This document shows, piece by piece, positions 47,036 to 57,013 of a DNA stretch of 63,656 bases. Origin of the DNA: Alphaproteobacteria bacterium. Its GTDB lineage: Bacteria > Pseudomonadota > Alphaproteobacteria > MPNO01 > UBA830. Location of the stretch: assembly GCA_038133505.1 (NCBI GenBank), contig JAYPTI010000001.1:1-63656 (forward strand), written 5' to 3'. Below the pieces are notes generated by a model that saw nothing but the letters and a program-made list of their open reading frames with translations, was not told the origin of the DNA and did no database searches. Positions within the stretch are counted from its first letter, which is position 1, and every line of letters starts with the position of its first letter. The position numbers and the translations under genes are program-made.

Positions 47036-48277
47036 ATGTCTTTTGTACGTCATTTTCTGATCGCCCTCGTCTATTCCGCGGCCGCCGTCGGCATTGCGCT
47101 TTTCCTGCCGACGACCCTGCCCGGCGTCGACACGAACACCGCGATCATGCTCGGCGCCGTCGTGCTGGTCGGCGAGACGCTTCTTCACGAGGTCTTCGTC
47201 CGCCAGGAGGAAGAGGGCAGGCTTGCCGACGAGGTGCAGGATCTGCGCTCCGACCACGGCAAGGTCCTCGGCGAGCTCACCCGCGCGCGTCAGGAGGTCG
47301 GCCACATCTACGAGGCGATCGAAAAGCTCGCCGGCAAGCGGGGATCGAGCAAGGAGCTCGAAGAGGACGTCGACAAGGTCATGGCCGAGGTGCGCATGCT
47401 GCACAAGCTGGTCGAGGAACTGACCCGTTCGGCGCACCGCGATTCGCCGCCGGACGAGGTGATCGAACCCGGCCGGACGCTCGAGGAGACCAACGACAAT
47501 CTTCCCGCCGCGCCGCCGCCGCAGCTCGACGACGCCGTCGTGCTGCATCTCGTCCGCGAGGCGATCGCGAAGGACAGGGTCGACCTCGTCCTCCAGCCGA
47601 TCGTGAGCCTGCCGCAGCGAAAGCGGAAGTTCTACGAGGCCTATACCCGGGTCCGCGACGAGAAGGGCGAAATCTTCACGCCCGGACAGTACATCGCGGT
47701 CGCCGAGCGGGAGGGCCTCGTTACCGCGCTCGACAATCTGATGCTGTTCCGCTGCGTCCAGCTTCTCCGCAACCGGCACAACAAGAACCGCAACGCGAGC
47801 TTGTTCTGCAATATCTCGCCCGGCACGCTGTCCGACCGGAAGTTCTTCAACGAGTTCGTGATGTTCATGACGGAGAACTCGCGGCTCGCCCCGCACCTGA
47901 TCTTCGAGTTCAGCCACGCGACCATCGCCAACCAGGACGACGAGATCCGCCGGCAGCTCGCGCGCCTCGCGGCGCTGGGTTTCCGCTTCTCGCTGGACAA
48001 GGTCTCGACGCTCAATCTCGACTACCCGTCGCTCGCGCATCAGCACTTCAAGTACATCAAGATCGATGCGAAGACCCTGCTGCGCGAGATTCCGCAGCCC
48101 AGCACCGACATCGATCTGCAGGATTTCAAGAAGGCGCTCGAACGCCAGGGGATCGACATCGTCGTCGAAAAGATCGAGACCGAGGAGATGCTGCGCGACG
48201 TCCTCGATTTCAACGTCGATTTCGGCCAGGGCTACCTGTTCGGCGAGCCGACCGCCTCGATCGAGGGCAAGGGCTGA
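47036..48277 (+). CDS. Membrane-anchored coiled-coil + EAL-domain protein (EAL motifs partly degenerate)
   Basis: 413 aa. Two N-terminal TM helices, a coiled-coil linker, then the EAL fold: QPIVSL..FYEAYTRV, CNIS, IFEFSH, FSLDKV, IKIDAK, VVEKIET, GQGYLFG. Confidence 0.8.
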   Translation: MSFVRHFLIALVYSAAAVGIALFLPTTLPGVDTNTAIMLGAVVLVGETLLHEVFVRQEEEGRLADEVQDLRSDHGKVLGELTRARQEVGHIYEAIEKLAGKRGSSKELEEDVDKVMAEVRMLHKLVEELTRSAHRDSPPDEVIEPGRTLEETNDNLPAAPPPQLDDAVVLHLVREAIAKDRVDLVLQPIVSLPQRKRKFYEAYTRVRDEKGEIFTPGQYIAVAEREGLVTALDNLMLFRCVQLLRNRHNKNRNASLFCNISPGTLSDRKFFNEFVMFMTENSRLAPHLIFEFSHATIANQDDEIRRQLARLAALGFRFSLDKVSTLNLDYPSLAHQHFKYIKIDAKTLLREIPQPSTDIDLQDFKKALERQGIDIVVEKIETEEMLRDVLDFNVDFGQGYLFGEPTASIEGKG

Positions 48278-48293
48278 AAATAACCCTCCGCCG

Positions 48294-48914
48294 TCAGTCG
48301 GCCGGCTTCTTCCCGATATAGCGGCGCATCAGCGCTACCGCTTCTTCCGAATCCCATTCCGCCGGGCCGGTCAGACGGCCGAGCTCCCGGCCGTCGCGGC
48401 CGATCAGGATCGTCGTGGGCAGGCCGCGCGCCTTGGCGCCGAACATCATGGCCGACTTCTCGTCGTGGAAGAGCGCCAGCGATTTCAGGCCCAGCTTGTC
48501 ACGGAACGGCCCGATCTTCTCCCAGCCCTTGCGGTCCTCCGACAGCGCGATGACCGCGAAGCCGTCGCCGCCCAGACGGTCCGACAGGCGTTCCAGCGAC
48601 GGCATCTCGCGAACGCAGGGCCCGCACCAGGTGGCCCAGAAATTCATCAGCACCACCTTGCCGCGAAAGTCGGCTAGCGTGAGCTTTCGCCCCGATGCGT
48701 CGGTGAAGACGGTTTCCGGCAGCGGCAGCGGCGTCACCGCCGGCTCGAAATTCTTCATGGATCCGGCGACCGGCGGTCTGCCGGTTTGGGCGTATGCGCT
48801 TGATTCAGCGAGAATTGTCGCCATTATCCCGCAAACGGCGATGACGGCGGCGGCTGTCAGGCCGATTTTTTTGATTCCCGCAAAACTTACGGGCAAAGAC
48901 AAGAAGCGAACCAT
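48294..48914 (-). CDS. tlpA: TlpA-like periplasmic thiol:disulfide oxidoreductase
   Basis: Start at ATG 48914 ([27 protein letters not shown] membrane anchor). [14 protein letters not shown] active site. The track ORF is over-extended to 49043. Confidence 0.85.
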   Translation of the reverse strand: MVRFLSLPVSFAGIKKIGLTAAAVIAVCGIMATILAESSAYAQTGRPPVAGSMKNFEPAVTPLPLPETVFTDASGRKLTLADFRGKVVLMNFWATWCGPCVREMPSLERLSDRLGGDGFAVIALSEDRKGWEKIGPFRDKLGLKSLALFHDEKSAMMFGAKARGLPTTILIGRDGRELGRLTGPAEWDSEEAVALMRRYIGKKPAD

Positions 48915-50337
48915 GAGCAACAAGACCGAAAATGCTTCCGCGAACGCAGCGGGCGACGGGTCGAACCGGATGTGGGGCGGCCGCTTTGCTGCCGCGCCCG
49001 ATGCGCTTATGGAGAAAATTAATGCCTCGATCGGCTTTGACAAGGCGCTCTACGCCCAAGACATCGCCGGATCGAAGGCGCATGCCGCGATGCTGGGCGC
49101 ACGGGGCATCCTGAGCCTCGAGGACGTGGTCGCCATCCAGGACGGCCTCGACCGGGTGCGCGCCGAGATCGAGGACGGCACGTTCACCTTCCGGACCGAC
49201 CTCGAAGACATCCATATGAACGTCGAGGCGCGGCTGACAGAAATCATCGGCGAGGCCGCCGGCCGGCTGCACACCGCCCGGTCGAGGAACGATCAGGTCG
49301 CGACCGACTTCCGACTCTGGGTGCGCGATGCCGTCGACGAGACGGACGCCGCGCTGCAGGCGCTGCAGGCGGCGCTGATCGACCAGGCGGAGGCGCATGC
49401 CGACTGGGTGATGCCCGGCTTCACGCATCTGCAGGCGGCGCAGCCGGTGACGGTCGGCCATCACCTTCTTGCCTATGTCGAGATGATCGGCCGCGACCGG
49501 GGCCGGTTCGCGGACGCGCGGGCGCGGATGAACGAAAGCCCGCTCGGCGCCGGCGCGCTGGCCGGGACATCCTTTCCCATCGACCGCGGCGCGACCGCCA
49601 AGGCGCTCGGCTTCGACCGGCCGACCGCGAATTCGCTCGATGCCGTGTCCGACCGCGATTTCGTCCTCGAATTCCTGGCGGCCGCGTCGATCTGCGCGGG
49701 CCACCTGTCGCGGCTCGGCGAGGAGCTTGTGATCTGGTCCTCGGCCCAGTTCCGGTTCGCGCGGCTGTCGGATTCGTTCTCGACCGGCAGTTCGATGATG
49801 CCGCAGAAGCGCAACCCGGACGCGGCGGAGTTGATCCGCGGGAAGACGGGCCGCGTCGTCGGCGCTTTCGTCGCGCTGTCCACGGTCATGAAGGGTCTGC
49901 CGCTCGCCTATTCCAAGGACATGCAGGAAGACAAGGAGCCGGTCTTCGACGCGGCAGAGACGCTGATCGTCTGCATCGCGGCGGCGACCGGCATGATCGC
50001 CGACGTCGCGTTCGACCGCGAGCGGCTCGCCGGCGCCGCGGGCGAAGGGTTCACGACGGCCACCGACCTTGCGGACTGGCTGGTGCGCGCCGGCGGCGTG
50101 CCGTTCCGGGAATCGCACCACATCTCGGGACGCGCGGTTGCGCTCGCCGAGAGAAAGGGCTGCGGGCTGGAGGATCTGTCGATCGAGGAACTGCAGGGCA
50201 TCGACGGCCGCATCACCGAGGAAATTTTCGAGGTGCTCGGCGTCGACAATTCGGTCCGCAGCCGGACGAGCTACGGCGGAACGGCGCCGGACAACGTCCG
50301 TACGCAGGTCGCCGCGGCGCGGGAGCGGTTCCTGTGA
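48913..50337 (+). CDS. argH: Argininosuccinate lyase
   Basis: MSNKTENAS...[48 protein letters not shown]. An alternative start is MWGGRF at 48970. The track ORF begins far upstream, at 48415. Confidence 0.92.
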   Translation: MSNKTENASANAAGDGSNRMWGGRFAAAPDALMEKINASIGFDKALYAQDIAGSKAHAAMLGARGILSLEDVVAIQDGLDRVRAEIEDGTFTFRTDLEDIHMNVEARLTEIIGEAAGRLHTARSRNDQVATDFRLWVRDAVDETDAALQALQAALIDQAEAHADWVMPGFTHLQAAQPVTVGHHLLAYVEMIGRDRGRFADARARMNESPLGAGALAGTSFPIDRGATAKALGFDRPTANSLDAVSDRDFVLEFLAAASICAGHLSRLGEELVIWSSAQFRFARLSDSFSTGSSMMPQKRNPDAAELIRGKTGRVVGAFVALSTVMKGLPLAYSKDMQEDKEPVFDAAETLIVCIAAATGMIADVAFDRERLAGAAGEGFTTATDLADWLVRAGGVPFRESHHISGRAVALAERKGCGLEDLSIEELQGIDGRITEEIFEVLGVDNSVRSRTSYGGTAPDNVRTQVAAARERFL

Positions 50338-50480
50338 CCGGCCTCAGGAAAGTTCTTCTGATCGCGATGGCGGCGGCGCTTGCCGTGTCGATCGCGTCCT
50401 GCGGCAAGAAGGCGCGCAAGCTCGATCCCGCCGACGGCGGCAAGAGCGGTTATCCGAACACCTATCCCAGTTCCAAATAG
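50334..50480 (+). CDS. Small lipoprotein (LptM/YifL-like position upstream of lysA)
   Basis: 48 codons from a GTG that overlaps the argH stop. [48 protein letters not shown] with lipobox IASC. Too short for the ORF track. Confidence 0.65.
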   Translation: MTGLRKVLLIAMAAALAVSIASCGKKARKLDPADGGKSGYPNTYPSSK

Positions 50481-50496
50481 TGAGGCGCGAAATCCG

Positions 50497-51780
50497 ATGA
50501 ACGGCTTCGCATATCGCAGCGGGGCGTTGTTCGCGGAAGATGTGGCGATTGAGGAGATCGCGGATGCGGTCGGCACGCCCTTCTACTGCTACGCCGCGTC
50601 CATGCTGCGCGACAGATACATCGCCTTCGAGAAGGCGCTGCACGGGCTCAACGCCGACATCTGCTTTGCGGTGAAGGCGAACAGCAACCAGGCGGTCATC
50701 GCACTGTTCGCCGGTCTCGGCGCAGGCGCGGACATCGTCTCGGAGGGCGAATTGCGCCGTGCGCTTGCCGCCGGCGTTCCCGCCTCGAAAATCGTGTTCT
50801 CCGGCGTCGGCAAGACGCGGAGCGAAATGACCGCCGCGCTGGAGGCCGGGTGCGGCCAGTTCAACGTCGAATCCGAGCCCGAGCTCGATGTCCTCTCGGA
50901 GGTGGCCGCCGGGCTCGGCAAGACCGCCACGGTCGTCTTCCGGGTCAACCCCGATGTCGATGCGGGGACCCACCACAAGATCTCGACCGGGCGCGCCGGC
51001 GACAAGTTCGGCATCGCGTTCGACCGCATCGGGGCCGTCTATGCGCGCGCCGGGACGCTGCCCGGGATCCGGCCGTCGGGGCTTGCGGTTCATATCGGCT
51101 CCCAGCTGACGCGCCTCGATCCGTTCCGGGCGGCGTTCGAGCGCGTCGCCGGTCTGGTCCGGTCGTTGCGCGCCGAGGGCCTGACGGTCGAGCGCCTCGA
51201 TCTCGGCGGCGGGCTGGGGATCGTCTATCGCGACGAATCTCCGCCCGAGCCGACGGAATACGGCGATATCGTCCGTGATGTCTTCGGGCAGATGGATGTC
51301 GCGCTGACGTTCGAGCCCGGCCGGTTCCTGACCGGCGAGGCGGGTCTCCTCGTGACGCGCGTCATCTATGTAAAAGACAGCGGCGGAAGACGGTTTACGA
51401 TCGTGGATGCGGCAATGAACGATCTGGTGCGGCCGACGCTCTACGATGCGTGGCACGACGCGGTTCCGGTGCGGCAGCCGGCCGCCGATGCGCTGCGCAC
51501 GCCGACCGATATCGTCGGCCCGGTATGCGAGACCGGCGACGTGCTGGCGGTGCAGCGGGACATGCCGCCCGCCGCGCCCGGCGATCTGATCGCGCTGACG
51601 TCCGCCGGGGCCTACGGCGCGGTAATGTCGTCGACCTACAACAGCCGGCTCCTGGTGCCCGAAATAATGGTTAACGGCGGGGACTATGCCGTTATCCGGC
51701 AGCGCCCTAGTTATGATACATTGATCGGCCTCGACAGCGTTCCGGACTGGGTTTCCGGACCGTCGGGGCCCGGCTCCTGA
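50497..51780 (+). CDS. lysA: Diaminopimelate decarboxylase
   Basis: Start at ATG 50497 (MNGFAYRSGALFAEDV). FAVKANSN (PLP Lys), HIGSQ, GGGLGI, EPGRF, CETGD. Confidence 0.93.
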   Translation: MNGFAYRSGALFAEDVAIEEIADAVGTPFYCYAASMLRDRYIAFEKALHGLNADICFAVKANSNQAVIALFAGLGAGADIVSEGELRRALAAGVPASKIVFSGVGKTRSEMTAALEAGCGQFNVESEPELDVLSEVAAGLGKTATVVFRVNPDVDAGTHHKISTGRAGDKFGIAFDRIGAVYARAGTLPGIRPSGLAVHIGSQLTRLDPFRAAFERVAGLVRSLRAEGLTVERLDLGGGLGIVYRDESPPEPTEYGDIVRDVFGQMDVALTFEPGRFLTGEAGLLVTRVIYVKDSGGRRFTIVDAAMNDLVRPTLYDAWHDAVPVRQPAADALRTPTDIVGPVCETGDVLAVQRDMPPAAPGDLIALTSAGAYGAVMSSTYNSRLLVPEIMVNGGDYAVIRQRPSYDTLIGLDSVPDWVSGPSGPGS

Positions 51781-51813
51781 TCCACGGCACCTGAGACAAG
51801 GAAAGGCCGCAGA

Positions 51814-54333
51814 ATGAGCGAACGCGAAGCCCCGCCCGCAGCGTCGAAATCCCGAAGCGCGATGGCCGGACTTGCGAGGCGCGTCGTTCAGGCCCGCCTG
51901 AGCCTCGCCTGGGAGGCCATGTGGCCGGCTCTCTGGCCGCCGCTGGGCATCGCCGGCGCCTTCCTCGGCGTCGCTTTCCTCGATCTGTTCGCGTTTCTGC
52001 CCGGCTGGCTGCATGCGCTCGCGCTCGCAGCCTTCGCGGGCCTGTTCGGCTGGACGCTGTACCGGGGTGCGCGTCATCTGATCTGGCCCGACCGCACCGC
52101 GGCGCTGCGGCGGATCGAGCAGGCCAGCGGCCTCGAGCATCGGCCCCTCGAAGCGCTGCAGGACCGCCTGCCCGACGGCGTCGACGATCCGACGTCGCGC
52201 GCTCTCTGGGCGGCGCACCAGCGCCAGATGGCCGACCGCGTCCGCGCGCTGAAGGTGGGAACGCCGGCGCCGGGGCTGCCCTCCCGCGATCCGTGGGCGG
52301 TTCGCATCGCCGTCGTGCTGCTGCTGTTCGTCGGCGTCGTCGTGGCGGGCGCGGACGCGCCGCACCGTCTTGCGCAGGCGTTCGCGCCGCAGTTCGGCGA
52401 GGCCTCGAAGACGCGCGCCGCAAAGCTCGAAATCTGGGTGACTCCGCCCGAATACACGCGGCTGCCGCCTATCTTCCCGATCCAGATCGCCCGCGATCAC
52501 GCCGAGGCGCTCAAGCAGGCCGCCGACCGTCCGGAGTCCGAGGGGCCCCCGCCCAAGGCGGCCGAGCTCGAGATCGAAATTCCCGAGGGCAGCACGCTGA
52601 CGGCCATCGTGTCCGGCGGCGACGGCGCTGCGGCGCTCGACATCAACGGCAAGACCACCCCGTTCGAGGCGCTCGATGCGGTCAACAGGCGTCTGCAGGC
52701 GCCGGTGGCGGAGAGCGGGCGGGTGTCCGTCGTTCTCGGCGGCAAGACGCTCGGAAGCTGGAAGGTGCGTACCCGCCCCGACAATCCGCCGACGATCGCC
52801 TTCGACGGCGCGCCAGCCCCGACGCAACGCGGCACGCTGCGTCTCGCCTATACCGGATCCGACGATTACGGCATCACCGAAATTCGCGGCGAGATGCGCC
52901 GTACCTACGAGCGCGGAGACGTGATCGGCAAGGAAGTCTCGAAGTTCGACCTGCCGACGCCGTCGTTGAATGCGCGCGAGATCAAGGAGGCGACGTTCCA
53001 GGAGATCGCGCCGCATCCGTGGGCGGGCCTCCCGGTCGTGATCCGGCTGGCCGCCAAGGACGCGGCCGGTCACGAGAGCTTCTCGGAAGAGATCAAGATG
53101 ATCCTGCCCGAGCGCGATTTCAGCAATCCGATCGCCAAGCGCATCATCGAGGAACGCCGCAAGCTGACCACCACGCCGGAACGGCGCGGCGAGGTCATCC
53201 GCTCGCTGAACGAGATCGCGAGCCAGCCCGGCGCGTTCAAGGACGACACGGTCGTCTTCATGGGGCTGATCTTCTCGCGCTCCCGCCTGTTCCACGAGGA
53301 AGAGGACAGCGCGATCCCGCCGGTGCGCGAGCTCATGTGGGATACGGCGCTCCGCGTCGAGGACGGCCAGCTGTCGCATGCAGAACGCGATCTTCTGCGC
53401 GCGCAGGAGGCGCTGATGAAGGCGCTGGACTGGAATGCCTCCGATGCCGAGCTCGAGCGCCTGATGCGCGAATTGCAGAACGCGATGAACCGCTACATGC
53501 GCGAGCTGGCGCGCAAGCTGCAGGAATCGCCGCAGACCGAACAGGCGATGCCGATGGATCCGACGACGCGCATCATGCGGACCGCGGACTTCCAGCGCAT
53601 GATGGAGCAGATTCGCGACATGATGCGCGCCGGTGCCCGCGACGCGGCGCGGCAGATGCTGTCCCAGCTCCGCAACATGCTGGAAAGCCTCCGCAACGCG
53701 CGGATGATGCGCGGCAATCCGCAGAACCAGCAGGGCAACCAGGCATTCCGCCAGCTGCAGGAGATGATCCAGCAGCAGAACCAGCTCATGGACCGCACGT
53801 TCCGCCAGTCGCAGGGCAATCAGCAGAACATGCAGAACCAGATCCAGCAGGGCGCCGGACAGCAGCAGCAGCTTCGCGAGATGCTCCAGAAGTTCCAGCA
53901 GATGATGCAGGGCATGATGCCCGGCGACAGCCCCGCCATGCGGGCGCTCGGCCAGGCGGGGCAGGCGATGGAAGACGCGGCCAAGGCGCTCGGCCAGGGC
54001 CAGCCCGGCCAGGCCGTCGGGCCGCAGGGCCAGGCGCTGGAAGCGCTCCAGCGGGCCGGACGCGGCATGATGCAGCAGATGATGAACCGCTTCGCGCGCG
54101 GCTCCGGCATCGGCATGGAACGGCAGTTCAACCCGCTAAACTCGATGCGCGATCCGCTGGGCCGCGAATGGCAGGGCGAGGACGGCGCCGACACGCGCCG
54201 CGTGACGATACCGGACAAGGGCGCCATCGAGCGCGCGCAGGAAATTCTTCAGGAATTGCGCAAGCGCGCCGGCCAGCGCCACCGCCCGCAGCTCGAACTC
54301 GATTACATCAACCGGCTGCTGCAGCGTTTCTGA
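51814..54333 (+). CDS. Large conserved membrane protein with Q/M-rich C-terminal region (TIGR02302/DUF4175-like)
   Basis: 839 aa. N-terminal TM helices, a long soluble region, and a low-complexity QQNQLMDRTFRQSQGNQQNMQNQIQQGAGQQQQ segment. The position after lysA matches the alphaproteobacterial synteny as I recall it. Confidence 0.7.
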   Translation: MSEREAPPAASKSRSAMAGLARRVVQARLSLAWEAMWPALWPPLGIAGAFLGVAFLDLFAFLPGWLHALALAAFAGLFGWTLYRGARHLIWPDRTAALRRIEQASGLEHRPLEALQDRLPDGVDDPTSRALWAAHQRQMADRVRALKVGTPAPGLPSRDPWAVRIAVVLLLFVGVVVAGADAPHRLAQAFAPQFGEASKTRAAKLEIWVTPPEYTRLPPIFPIQIARDHAEALKQAADRPESEGPPPKAAELEIEIPEGSTLTAIVSGGDGAAALDINGKTTPFEALDAVNRRLQAPVAESGRVSVVLGGKTLGSWKVRTRPDNPPTIAFDGAPAPTQRGTLRLAYTGSDDYGITEIRGEMRRTYERGDVIGKEVSKFDLPTPSLNAREIKEATFQEIAPHPWAGLPVVIRLAAKDAAGHESFSEEIKMILPERDFSNPIAKRIIEERRKLTTTPERRGEVIRSLNEIASQPGAFKDDTVVFMGLIFSRSRLFHEEEDSAIPPVRELMWDTALRVEDGQLSHAERDLLRAQEALMKALDWNASDAELERLMRELQNAMNRYMRELARKLQESPQTEQAMPMDPTTRIMRTADFQRMMEQIRDMMRAGARDAARQMLSQLRNMLESLRNARMMRGNPQNQQGNQAFRQLQEMIQQQNQLMDRTFRQSQGNQQNMQNQIQQGAGQQQQLREMLQKFQQMMQGMMPGDSPAMRALGQAGQAMEDAAKALGQGQPGQAVGPQGQALEALQRAGRGMMQQMMNRFARGSGIGMERQFNPLNSMRDPLGREWQGEDGADTRRVTIPDKGAIERAQEILQELRKRAGQRHRPQLELDYINRLLQRF

Positions 54334-54373
54334 CTGAAATCCGCTTTCGCGGGCGGTGCCGTTCCGAAACGGG

Positions 54374-54772
54374 TTACCGGTTCTCCAGAACCTTTTCCGC
54401 GGCGTCGCAGATCTGCTGCAGCGTGAACGGCTTCGGGATCACGTCGTGGATCAGCGCATCCAGGTTATGGGCGCGCTGCCGTTCGGCGGCATAGCCGGTC
54501 ATCAGCAGGATCGGCAGCTCCGGCCAGTCCCTGGATACCTTCAGCGCCAGCGCGATACCGTCCATCTCGGGCATGACGATATCCGAAAGCAGAAGATCGA
54601 AACTGTCCTGAGCCAGCGCCTCCAGCGCCTGAACGCCGTCGGTTGCCGCCGTCACGTCGTGACCGCTGTTGGCCAGGGCGCGGGAGACGAACTCCCGCAC
54701 GGCCATGTCGTCCTCGGCAATAAGAATCTTCGCCACGGGATGCCTTTTCGGATGAATAGCTGCTTCCGCCAC
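54374..54772 (-). CDS. cpdR: Single-domain response regulator, CpdR-like
   Basis: KILIAEDDMAVREF...DLLLSDIVMPEMDG...LMTGYA...KPF. The receiver domain is the only domain. The start may be the GTG at 54736 (VAKILIAEDD). Confidence 0.8.
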   Translation of the reverse strand: MAEAAIHPKRHPVAKILIAEDDMAVREFVSRALANSGHDVTAATDGVQALEALAQDSFDLLLSDIVMPEMDGIALALKVSRDWPELPILLMTGYAAERQRAHNLDALIHDVIPKPFTLQQICDAAEKVLENR

Positions 54773-54830
54773 AAGCTATCGCCCGAGAGGTTATCAAATG
54801 GTGAACAAAGGCTTGAAAAAGCCTCAACGG

Positions 54831-55367
54831 CTACTCGGAACAGACAGTTCCGATATAGGGCAGGCTTCTGAAAAGATGGGCCAGATCAATGCCGTAACCG
54901 ACGACGAAGACGTCGCCCACGGGAAAGCCGACGAAGTCGGCCTCGATGCCCACTTCGCGGCGCTCGTGCTTGTCGAGAAGAACGCAGCTATGGACGGAGG
55001 CCGCGCCGCGCGCCGTCATCAGGTCGGTCGCGTAAGCGAGCGTTCTGCCGGTATCGAGAATGTCGTCGATGATCAGCACGCTGCGGTTCCGGACCTCTTC
55101 GGAGATGTCGCGCGTCAGCGATACCGTGCCGGAACTCTCGGTCCCTGTGCCGTAACTCGACAGGGTCACGAAGTCGACCCGTGGCCGCAGGCCGGCCCGA
55201 TCCATCGCGCGCAGAAGATCGGCGGCGAAAATGAAGCTTCCCTTGAGGATCACGACCACGAGCAGGTCTTCGGGGAGCGTCTCGGCCATCGCTTTCGCAA
55301 GTTCGTCGTTGCGCCGGGCGATGGCGTCGGCATCGAAAAGAACGTCGATCTGCGGTGGCTCGGTCAT
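54831..55367 (-). CDS. hpt: Hypoxanthine phosphoribosyltransferase
   Basis: 178 aa. VVVILKGSFIFAADL, and the PRPP motif VLIIDDILDTGRTL. Confidence 0.92.
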   Translation of the reverse strand: MTEPPQIDVLFDADAIARRNDELAKAMAETLPEDLLVVVILKGSFIFAADLLRAMDRAGLRPRVDFVTLSSYGTGTESSGTVSLTRDISEEVRNRSVLIIDDILDTGRTLAYATDLMTARGAASVHSCVLLDKHERREVGIEADFVGFPVGDVFVVGYGIDLAHLFRSLPYIGTVCSE

Positions 55368-55389
55368 GTCTGCGACAATGGGCGGCTAT

Positions 55390-56181
55390 TCAGTGGGCGG
55401 GCGAGGGGACGGGGTCGGTTGCAAGGCCGACGTCCATACGCCGCGCCTCGGGCGGCGGCGCCGGAACCTGGGTGACGAACGTCACCGTTTCGTCGGGCAG
55501 CATCTTGCGCTCCGGCGGCGGGAACCGCCACGTCTTGACCACGCGCCCTTCGGCGTCGAGGAAGTTCACGCGAAGGTCCGGGACGTCGCCGGGAACTTCC
55601 GACAGATTGACGAGTTCGCCCTCGATGCGGATGAGATCCCTGCCGTCGACCTTGATGTCGCTGTGTTTGACGTTCTGGAATCCGAATTTCGCCGTGCCGG
55701 GAACCGACGTCAGTCCGACCAGATCGTAGAAGCGTTTGGCATTCGGCCACGCCGAGACGATGGAAGACTGGAAGGCGAGCGTTCCGCCGACCACACCGCC
55801 GACGACGACGATCAGGAGGAGCCAGGCGAGACGCGCCGCGCCGCTTCGCCGCGGCTTGCGGACGGGTGCGTCGGGGACGGCCCCGCGCCGCGGCGCCGGG
55901 TCGTCGTCCGCTTCCGGCTCGTCTTGCAGGCCGGCGCCGAAGTCGACGCCGAAATCGACCTCGTCGTCCGGCTCGGGCGCGTCGCTGCCGATCCGGCTTT
56001 CGCGGAGCGATTCGGATATCTGTTCCACACCCGGAGCGTCCGCCTGCACGCCGTCGTCTTCCTCCGGCATCTGGGTCCACGAGTGCCCGCATTTCGCGCA
56101 TTTGACGGTTCTGCCGGCGGGGCCGATCTTGTCGGCTTCCACGGCATAGCGCGCGTCGCAGGAGGGGCAGGCGATGATCAT
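55390..56181 (-). CDS. MJ0042-type zinc-ribbon / DUF3426-like membrane protein
   Basis: Start at ATG 56181 (MIIACPSCDARYAVEADKIGPAGRTVKCAKCGHSW). Acidic linker, one TM (LAWLLLIVVVGGVVGG), then a C-terminal beta-rich domain. Divergent from ftsE. Confidence 0.78.
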   Translation of the reverse strand: MIIACPSCDARYAVEADKIGPAGRTVKCAKCGHSWTQMPEEDDGVQADAPGVEQISESLRESRIGSDAPEPDDEVDFGVDFGAGLQDEPEADDDPAPRRGAVPDAPVRKPRRSGAARLAWLLLIVVVGGVVGGTLAFQSSIVSAWPNAKRFYDLVGLTSVPGTAKFGFQNVKHSDIKVDGRDLIRIEGELVNLSEVPGDVPDLRVNFLDAEGRVVKTWRFPPPERKMLPDETVTFVTQVPAPPPEARRMDVGLATDPVPSPAH

Positions 56182-56302
56182 GGCGAATTCATAGCGCAAT
56201 GCGGGCTCGCTTATAAGAGGGTGTGATTCAAAGCATTTCCGCGCGCGATGCTGGACGCGTTCCGGGGCGTATGCGATTTTCATCGCTCAGGGAGGTAAGC
56301 AC

Positions 56303-57013
56303 TTGAACGCCGTCGGCGACATCGTTCGGTTCGAGAATGTCGGCATGCGCTATCGGCTCGGCGCCGAGATTCTGCACGACGTGAATTTTGCGCTGCCGGC
56401 CGGTTCGTTCCATTTCCTGACGGGGCCCAGCGGCGCCGGCAAATCCTCGATCCTGCGCCTCATGTATCTCGCCCACCGTCCGTCGAGGGGCAGCATTTCG
56501 ATGTTCGGCCGCGACGTTTCGGCGGTGCCCCGGCGAGAGCTTGCGACGATGCGGCGCCGGATCGGCGTCGTTTTCCAGGATTTTCGCCTGCTCGATCACC
56601 TGTCGGCGCTGGACAACGTCGCGCTGCCGCTCAGGATCGCCGGCGCGCGCGAGACACAGATCCGCGATCACGTCGCCGAGCTGCTCAAGTGGGTCGGGCT
56701 CGAAGGCCAGGTCGACGACCGGCCGTCGACGTTGTCGGGCGGCGAGCAGCAGCGGGTCGCGATCGCACGCGCGGTGATTTCCCGCCCCCAGATCCTGCTC
56801 GCCGACGAGCCGACGGGGAACGTCGATGACGAGATCGCCGTCCGCCTGATGCATCTGCTGGAGGAGCTCAACAAGATCGGCACGACGATCGTCGTCGCGA
56901 CCCACAACGAATCGCTGATCGAGCGCTTCAAGCATCCGCGGTATCACATCGAGGACGGCGTGTTGACGGGGCCGTTCGTGCCCGAGCGCGCCGCCGCGGG
57001 GCCCGCCTCATGA
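56303..57013 (+). CDS. ftsE: Cell-division ABC transporter ATP-binding protein
   Basis: TTG start. Walker A GPSGAGKSS, signature LSGGEQQRVAIARA, Walker B ILLADEPTGNVD. Confidence 0.92.
   Translation: MNAVGDIVRFENVGMRYRLGAEILHDVNFALPAGSFHFLTGPSGAGKSSILRLMYLAHRPSRGSISMFGRDVSAVPRRELATMRRRIGVVFQDFRLLDHLSALDNVALPLRIAGARETQIRDHVAELLKWVGLEGQVDDRPSTLSGGEQQRVAIARAVISRPQILLADEPTGNVDDEIAVRLMHLLEELNKIGTTIVVATHNESLIERFKHPRYHIEDGVLTGPFVPERAAAGPAS

Noticed and set aside
50344-53379. 1011-aa minus-strand ORF, the longest in the track
   Set aside because: It lies antisense to lysA and the TIGR02302-like gene, both of which have recognisable motifs on the plus strand. Its translation is R/A/G/P-rich low-information sequence. 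This is a typical stop-codon-poor antisense frame of a high-GC genome.
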